From: Planctomycetota bacterium
Lineage (GTDB): Bacteria > Planctomycetota > SZUA-567 > H5-PLA8
Assembly: GCA_050010835.1 (NCBI GenBank)
Contig: JBEKKG010000001.1
Span: 1-36,643 of the forward strand
Reading direction: 5' to 3'
DNA length: 36,643 bases
Shown here: in pieces, positions 7,403 to 14,500 of the stretch
How positions within the stretch are numbered: the first letter of the stretch is position 1
Layout of the letters: the number at the start of each line of letters is the position of its first letter
Notes under the pieces: model-generated
Told to the model about the DNA's origin: nothing
Seen by the model: the letters and a program-made list of their open reading frames with translations, nothing else
The model's database searches: none
Program-made: the position numbers and the translations under genes

Positions 7403-7527
7403 GAGATGGCAGGCCATGGCCCGTACAGCCCCAAGTCGGCTGACGGGCCATGCGCCCCGGGTATGGTGCGAAGAAAGTGGCAGGGACGGTGTTTTCTTTT
7501 GGGCTGATTGCTTTCTATATGGAAAAG
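7247..7527. repeat. Direct repeat R1, copy B
   Basis: See copy A. Copy B begins immediately after repeat R2 and ends about 130 nt before the SNF2 gene start. Confidence 0.85.
7415..7452. other. Conserved imperfect hairpin inside R1 copy B
   Basis: The stem arms and bulged A are identical to copy A, but the loop differs (ccaagtc versus ctaagcc). Confidence 0.7.
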
Positions 7528-7654
7528 AGCTCCTGCGTTCCTCTTCATTTTGTGCCGTGCGCCTGTATACCTGCTGCCATCCATGCCTTGGCAGCCTACG
7601 CTTGATTGGACCACGAGAAGTGCGAAACTCCAAAGACTGGCACTGGAGGGGATC

Positions 7655-10600
7655 ATGAATGACCTCATTCGCATGGCGACGCCCGAACTGGCCCGGTTCC
7701 TGAACGCCAAGTTTCCGGAGCTGGCGTCAGAGTGGTGGCAGAAGCATGTGGTGGATCGCCTAAGTTTCCAACAGCAACGGATGGTGCAGGAGCGAGGCCA
7801 CAAGACCCTCCAACAACTCGACTTTGCGGCCTTACTGCGCGTGTTTGACCAGAACTGGTATGAGCTTTCCAACGTGCTCAGATTGCCTCGCGAAGGCCGG
7901 ACTTGGGTGAAGGAACTGCAGACCGTCCGCAACAAGTGGGCGCACCTTTCCGCGGAAGCGATGCCAGCCAGCGATGTTTATCGGGATGCTGACACGCTCA
8001 GCAAGCTGTTGGTGATGATCGAGGCCCCTCAAGCATCCCTGGATTCCGTAGAGGCGCGCAAAGCCACTGCTGTAGCCGCGATGGCGAGCAATAAGAGCGG
8101 CACGGTTGAAGCATCCGCGAAACATGCCAACGAACCGGTCCCCCTTCGCGCCAATACTCCTCCGCTTCCTGCCACCCTGTTCAGTGTGGGAGACCTCGTC
8201 GCCCTTCGGTCGAATCCCGCGACGATTCTTCCCGTGATTGAGGTGATTCCCGGTGGTGGCGAATGCCGCTATCGAGTGTTTCAGAACAACGCCAAAGCAA
8301 CGTATTACGAAAGCCAGTTGCAGGCCCCATCCGGCGCGGCGGATAAGCGTAGAACGCTTACCGCCCGTGAGCTGCAAGCCCACCTGACGAGTCTTCAGAT
8401 TCTCTCGCCTTCCACCGCGAACCTCTTTTCCCTGCGTTCGGGGCGGGTTAAGTTTGTACCCTACCAGTATCGGCCGGTGCTCAAGCTCATCCGTTCTGAC
8501 CGCCCCCGCCTCCTGATCGCGGATGAGGTCGGCGTCGGCAAGACGATCGAAGCCGGGTTGATCATCAAAGAGCTGCGGGCACGGATGGATCTTTCGTCGG
8601 TGCTGATTATCTGCCCCAAGGCGCTGGTGGCTGAACGAAAGTGGTACCTGGAGATGAAGCGCTTCGACGAACACTTTACCGCGCTTGATGGCGGACTGCT
8701 TCGGCACTGCCTGCATGAGACGCATCTCGAAGGGGAATGGCCCGAGCAGTATGCCAAGGCTATCCTGCCTTTTTCCCTGTTTGATTCTGATCTCATTTTT
8801 GGCCGCACAGAACCGCGCAGACGAAGAGATCAGGCCTTGCTGGGCCTCGACCCGCCGCCAAAGTTCGATCTGGTTATTGTGGATGAGGCCCACCACATTC
8901 GGAACTCTGAAACCTTCCTGCACCAAGGGGTGCGCTATTTCTGCGACAATGCCGCTGCGGTGCTCTTTCTCACCGCAACGCCTGTTCAGTTGGGCAGCGA
9001 AGACCTTTATACCCTGCTCAATGTGCTGCGGCCTGACCTTGTAATGGATCACGCCAGTTTTGAGCAGATGGCCGCGCCTAACCGCCATATCAACGCGGGA
9101 GTTCAACATTGCCGCGCCACCCGCGTGGGCTGGCAGCGTGAGGCCCGCGCCAGCCTGGATGAAGTCGCTCAAACCGACTGGGGAAGCCTATTCCTGCGGG
9201 AATCACCGGCTTTCCAGAGCATCTACGACCGTTTACAGGGAGATTCCGTCTCTGATGCGGATCGGGTTGGACTAACCCGCGCCATTGAAGAGCTTTACAC
9301 CTTCAGTCCCTTGATCAACCGGACGCGCCGCCGCGACATCGGCGAGTTTACGACCCGAAAGCCAGAAACTGTCCCCATCGAGTTCACTCCAGCACAGAAG
9401 AAGCTCCACGACGGCCTGCTGGATGTGGTCGCGCGGATTCTCGCCTTCTGCCACGGCCAGCAAAACGTCAAGTTTATGATGACGACCATTCGCCGGCAGG
9501 CAGCAAGTTGCCTCTACGGCCTTGCTCCGCTTCTTAACGACATCCTGACCGGCAAGGTCAATCAACTCGAAATGATGGAGGCCAGCGACGACGAACAAGA
9601 CGCTGATTTGAGCTTCGTTGACCAGGTGCGGACTGACATTGCAGCCATCCTTGAACAGGCCCGCGACCTAGACCCGCACGACCCCAAGGTTGAGGCATTT
9701 GCTAAAGTCCTGAAGGAAAAGGGCAATCTGCCAAACAATAAGGCTCTCGTCTTCAGTACGTTTCGCCACACCCTGGCCTACCTCGCCCAGCACACGCAGC
9801 CCACAGGATTGCGCTACGGATTGATTCATGGCGATGTGCCTGATGACGAACGCACCGAAATACGCCGCCGCTTTGCCTTGCCCAAGGAAGACGTCGACGC
9901 GCTCGACGTGCTGCTTTCATCCGAGGTGGGGTGCGAGGGTCTCGACTTCGAGTACTGTGACTTTCTCGTCAACTATGACCTGCCTTGGAATCCCATGCGG
10001 ATTGAGCAGCGCATAGGCCGTATTGACCGCTACGGCCAGAAGAGTGAGACCGTTGCCATTGTTAATCTCATCACCCCCGGCACTGTGGATGCCGACATCT
10101 ACCAGCGCTGCCTGTGGCGCATCGGTGTCTTTCAGCACGCAATTGGCGGCAACGAGGAAATCCTCGGCCAGATCACCCAGGAACTCCACGACATCGCCGA
10201 GAGCTTCACCCTGACCCCGGAGGAACGCGAGCAACGGCTCCGCCAACTGGCGGACAATGGCATCCGCCTGATTCGGGAGGAACAGGAAATTGAATCCAGA
10301 CAAGCCGAGTTGTTCGGCCTGAATGTGCCGAACCAATCCTGGCAGCATGAGATCGCAGCGGCGGAAAGTTACTGGCTTTCCCCTCCCGCCATCCAGCGTT
10401 GTGTTTCGTCTTACCTGTCGGCGCGGTTGGCCACTGGCGCCGATCATCTGGTGGGCGAAAGGCCCCTCAAGACTCTGCGCCTCAGCCAAGAGGTCAGAGC
10501 TAAGTTGCTCGAAGATTACAAATGCCTGCCGCGCTCTGCCGAACCCGTTTCCCGCGAATGGGAGAAATGGCTCAAGGGCGGGCAACCGGCCTTGGCCGTC

Positions 10601-11230
10601 ACGTTCGATCAGGAAACCGCGGCTGCAAACCCCCAAGCCGTTCATCTATCAGTCATGCACCCGCTGGTGCGCCAGGCAGCCCGCTTCCTGCAACTTGACG
10701 AGCCGGCCTACACTACACTCGCGGTGCCAAGCCACGAAATCCCGGCCGGTGCCTATTGCTTCGCACTCTATCGCTGGAAGACGCACGGCGTGAAGTTGGA
10801 CGAGTTTCTAGTCCCGGTGGCCACCAATGCCGCAGTTGAAAATGCGCTGCTTGCGCTTCTGCAATCCGCCACAGACACCGCATGCGCCACACTCCCGCCG
10901 CACACTGAGTTCGATGCACTTGATGTCCTGCATCACCGCAAGTGGACCGCCGCGCGGGCCGACCACATTACGGCAAACCGCCAGCAGATCGAGCATCGCA
11001 TCCAGAGCCTGACGGTCAGCCACGGCGCCCGCTGCAAGGCGATTGAAGACCAGATTGCTCGCGCCACGAATGACAAGATCAGGCTGATGAGACAGAGTGA
11101 ACTGGCCCGGGCCAACGCTGACTTCAACCGGCGCATGGCCGAGCTTCAGCAAGCAGGCGGCAGAGGCGACATCCATGCCACCGCTGTGCTGTTCGGAACT
11201 ATCACGGTCACGAAAGGGGGAAGCCAATGA
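7655..11230 (+). CDS. SNF2-family helicase with an N-terminal Swt1-like HEPN domain
   Basis: HEPN motif RNKWAH (R codon 7928-7930, H codon 7943-7945). SNF2 motifs: LIADEVGVGKTIEAG, DLVIVDEAHHIRN, LFLTATPVQ, ALVFSTFRHT, SSEVGCEGLDFEYCDFLVNYDLPWNPMRIEQRIGRIDRYGQ. GGAGG precedes ATG 7655. The ORF-track start at 7508 lies inside repeat R1. Confidence 0.85.
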   Translation: MNDLIRMATPELARFLNAKFPELASEWWQKHVVDRLSFQQQRMVQERGHKTLQQLDFAALLRVFDQNWYELSNVLRLPREGRTWVKELQTVRNKWAHLSAEAMPASDVYRDADTLSKLLVMIEAPQASLDSVEARKATAVAAMASNKSGTVEASAKHANEPVPLRANTPPLPATLFSVGDLVALRSNPATILPVIEVIPGGGECRYRVFQNNAKATYYESQLQAPSGAADKRRTLTARELQAHLTSLQILSPSTANLFSLRSGRVKFVPYQYRPVLKLIRSDRPRLLIADEVGVGKTIEAGLIIKELRARMDLSSVLIICPKALVAERKWYLEMKRFDEHFTALDGGLLRHCLHETHLEGEWPEQYAKAILPFSLFDSDLIFGRTEPRRRRDQALLGLDPPPKFDLVIVDEAHHIRNSETFLHQGVRYFCDNAAAVLFLTATPVQLGSEDLYTLLNVLRPDLVMDHASFEQMAAPNRHINAGVQHCRATRVGWQREARASLDEVAQTDWGSLFLRESPAFQSIYDRLQGDSVSDADRVGLTRAIEELYTFSPLINRTRRRDIGEFTTRKPETVPIEFTPAQKKLHDGLLDVVARILAFCHGQQNVKFMMTTIRRQAASCLYGLAPLLNDILTGKVNQLEMMEASDDEQDADLSFVDQVRTDIAAILEQARDLDPHDPKVEAFAKVLKEKGNLPNNKALVFSTFRHTLAYLAQHTQPTGLRYGLIHGDVPDDERTEIRRRFALPKEDVDALDVLLSSEVGCEGLDFEYCDFLVNYDLPWNPMRIEQRIGRIDRYGQKSETVAIVNLITPGTVDADIYQRCLWRIGVFQHAIGGNEEILGQITQELHDIAESFTLTPEEREQRLRQLADNGIRLIREEQEIESRQAELFGLNVPNQSWQHEIAAAESYWLSPPAIQRCVSSYLSARLATGADHLVGERPLKTLRLSQEVRAKLLEDYKCLPRSAEPVSREWEKWLKGGQPALAVTFDQETAAANPQAVHLSVMHPLVRQAARFLQLDEPAYTTLAVPSHEIPAGAYCFALYRWKTHGVKLDEFLVPVATNAAVENALLALLQSATDTACATLPPHTEFDALDVLHHRKWTAARADHITANRQQIEHRIQSLTVSHGARCKAIEDQIARATNDKIRLMRQSELARANADFNRRMAELQQAGGRGDIHATAVLFGTITVTKGGSQ

Positions 11231-11562
11231 GCTTTCTCGATGAAGTCCAAGCCGACAGGCAGGAACTGGCCCACGTCCTGAAAAAGAATCGCGGAATCCC
11301 AAAATTCGTTGAGGATCTTTACCCTGAGCGCGCGCACTTCATTTACCGGCTTCTCGAGAACGCCGAGGACACCCAGCACGCAGGCGGGGGCCGCCCCACA
11401 CTGTCGTTCACGCTCGTGAACCAGGATACATTGCAGATACCAGGCACTGAAGGCGCCCTGATCATCAGCAACGACGGGTTGGGGTTCCGTGCGGAGCACG
11501 TGATGCCCTGTGTGCAGTTCGCAACTCAACTAAAGCGAAACAGGAAGGCTACATTGGAGTAA
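11227..11562 (+). CDS. N-terminal stub of a GHKL (Bergerat-fold) ATPase, in frame with the following giant gene
   Basis: YPERAHFIYRLLENAEDT (N-box-like ELxxNAxDA) and LIISNDGLGFRAEHV (G1-like) are present. The ORF stops before any G2 box. Its start overlaps the SNF2 stop in ATGA at 11227-11230. Confidence 0.55.
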   Translation: MSFLDEVQADRQELAHVLKKNRGIPKFVEDLYPERAHFIYRLLENAEDTQHAGGGRPTLSFTLVNQDTLQIPGTEGALIISNDGLGFRAEHVMPCVQFATQLKRNRKATLE

Positions 11563-11565
11563 ACG

Positions 11566-14500
11566 GTGCAAGACAAAGGCGAGATTGAGGAGTTTGAGTT
11601 TGGCCAAGGCGAACGTCTAACGGTTCGCCTGCACGGCCTCATCCGTAACTACCCGAAGGGACCTGGCATCATCAAGGAGTTCATCCAGAACGCCGACGAT
11701 GCGGGGGCCACAGCCATCAGAATCATACTCGACGGCCGCAATCACCGTACAGAGCGGTTGACAGCGCTGGAGGCTTCGCTTTGGGCGGGCCCCGGCATGC
11801 TCGTATGCAACAACGCGGTTTTCAGCCAAAAGGACTTCGAGTACATCCAGATGATCGGCGAGAGCAGCAAGTATGATACGGCGTTGAAAACCGGGCGTTT
11901 TGGGGTGGGCTTCAACGTCGCCTACAACGTTACTGACTACCCGCTTCTCGTCTCGGCGGACAGTCTGATCTGCTTCGATCCGCACCGAAGCCATCCCCTT
12001 GCCAAGAAAGTAAGACCTGGGTGGGGCTGGAAGCTGGGCCACAAGCTCTGGGAGAATTACCCAGATCTTCTCGCCCTCTTCCACGCTGGCGGGCTACAGT
12101 TCGGCGCACTCTCCCACCCGGGGACTATTTTTCGACTCCCCCTGAGAACTGCCGAACAGGCGAGAGCAAGCAATATCTGCAGTCAGCCGTTTACTATAGA
12201 CGATTTCAAAGCAATTGTCTCTGATGTGGCTAAAATAGCAGGGGATCTACTGCTATTCCTCAAACATCTCCGCTCCCTCAGTATGGAAGTGATCGAGGAA
12301 CAGAGTTCCGAGCCCAAGACTGTATTGCTGGCAAACACGAGCAATGCGGAGGAGGTACAGCTTGCGCGCGACCGAGTCAACGACGTAGCATTAGGGGATT
12401 GCCGCCAAGTACTGAGTACGTTACGGTCTCATCCTGATTCGGCCCCGCACGCAACCTACGACCACAAGATAAGCATCCGGTACTCTGGGGGCGACCGGGA
12501 AGAGACATGGCGAGTCGCCAGTGGCCTGTATGTGGACCGGCGGGCAGACGTCATCAGTGCGGCTGAAGCCATACTTCAGTATGAGGGTAAGGCTTTGCCG
12601 TGGGCTGGTGCGGCTGCCAAGGTGGAGCTTGATGGTGGCCTCAAAAAGCAAATGCGAGTCGTCCCGTTGGAGGACGGCCGGCTCTTCTGTTTTCTTCCGC
12701 TGCCAAGACACGTCCACCTGCCAGTCCATCTGAACGGCTTCTTCGACCTGGACTCATCCCGCGACTTTCCTACAGATGACGAGTCATGCAAGGGCAAGGA
12801 CGCCGACAGAGTTAAGTGGAACCGATGCCTCATGCGGCACAGCGTGTCACAGGCCTATGCGGCCCTCATTTCTTCCCTTGCTACGGAAGCCAGCCATATA
12901 CCAATCGGATACTACGCCATCTGGCCACACTTCGAGATGATGGATGGACTCCTGAAGGAGGTTAGCAAGGCTACTTACGAATACCTTGCAAACCAAGCAG
13001 TCATCAGGATTAGGGGTGGCTGGAAGAAACTTCTGGGCGTCTGGCTTCCCCCTTTGGATAAGTGGCCTGACCTTCAGCAGCCACTAGTAGCCCAGGGATT
13101 GTGGGTTCCCCACCCCCCCATTCCGCAGCACGTAGCCGATGGGTTCAAACTCGCCCCCGTCCGCGTAGATGTACTTACGCCACGGCAGCTCCGCGACCAG
13201 CTTAGGGTAAACACTGATTTGGACGTGCCATTCCGGCAAGCACCGAAGGTCCTGCTGCGCACACGGAAATGGCTTGTCACGCTCTTGAGGTTCTGCTTGA
13301 GCGATCGTCCGACTGATGATCTCGTCGGGTTACCGCTTGCATTGGGCGACGATGGGCATCTGCATACGTTTGGGCACAGCAACGGTGGTCTGACCATCCT
13401 GGCGGGAGAGGACGAGAAGGCCATCTTTCGCAAGTTCCGCCATTGGTTCATCGACTCTCGGTATGCTGCTGAATGCGGGCTCGGCCCTGTTCCAAGAGCG
13501 AAAATTGAGCAGATGGAAGTCAATTTGGTAGTGGCTAACCTGTACAAGATCCTTGATCCTAATACAGAGAAGAAGCCCCTTCGTGAATGGCTGCCCGGTG
13601 GAGAGCAGGCTCCGAACGAATCTTGGTTGATCCGCTTATGGGACTATCTGGGGCGGAACAAGGAACAGATTGCGAGCGGCTCTTACGAGCTTTTGCGGAG
13701 CTTCCCCTTTGTACCGAACCAAAAGGGGCAGCTATGCACCGCCGGCAATGCTCTAACACCGTTGGTGGCCCAGCGTGATATGCCTGGCAAGTTGGATCAA
13801 GCATTGCAGGCGTTTGACGTACCAATGGTGGGTGGCTCGACAGGGCTGATCGAGGCGGCGCGACACCTCGCGGATGCCTTCATTAACCAGAAGATGATCT
13901 CGCACCTCGCGGGGCCAGACTTGGCGGATACGCTACATGCACAGGCTAAGGCGGGGGTAAAGCAACCAACGCAATACGACCCGATGGTTCATGATGCATT
14001 GCTGGAGTTTCTGGCCGACCCACGATGGGAAGGCAAGTATACGAAGGATCAACTGGGCAAACTCTCGGAGCTGGTCATTTTACCAACCATGGACGGCAGA
14101 CTCATATCCGCAAGGGCCGAGAACCTTTTCCTGCCCAGCGGCTTTCAACCACCCCCGTTCGCTACCGGAAGGCATGTTCTGGTGAAGAGGAACGAGCGGT
14201 GGCTCCTATTGCTGCGTATGTTGAACGTACGCTCTCTGGATGCCGCCACGTTTATCCGCGAGGTACTTGTGCCGCTCTACCCGATTCTGGACGAGAAAGG
14301 GCGTTTGAATGCCTTGGCGTGGCTGCAAGACAACCTAACACATATTAAACGAGAGTTGACGGAGCTCAACTCTGAGGGCGCCTCTGCTCTTGACAAGGTA
14401 ATCAAGCAGGCAAGGTGGGTTCAGTGCGAAGACGGCCAGTTGCGGCCTCCGTATTCGGTATATAACCCACACTCTAAGGTTGTCCGTCAGGTTCTTGGAG

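Noticed and set aside
7508-7654. The N-terminal extension of the SNF2 ORF as given in the ORF track (start at 7508).
   Set aside because: The extension lies within or next to the non-coding part of repeat R1 and translates to hydrophobic, non-conserved sequence. ATG 7655 has a GGAGG RBS, and the HEPN domain starts right after it.
7832-9172. A long antisense ORF (446 aa) inside the SNF2 gene. Similar long ORFs opposite or overlapping real genes are at 2381-3172, 5437-6318, 9917-10645, 16759-17532, 19282-19905, 20265-20969, 22023-22940 and 29523-30476.
   Set aside because: The translations are Arg/Gly/Pro/Ala-rich with no motifs. They lie opposite ORFs that have clear family signatures or better RBSs. 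This is the typical shadow-ORF behaviour of GC-rich DNA.
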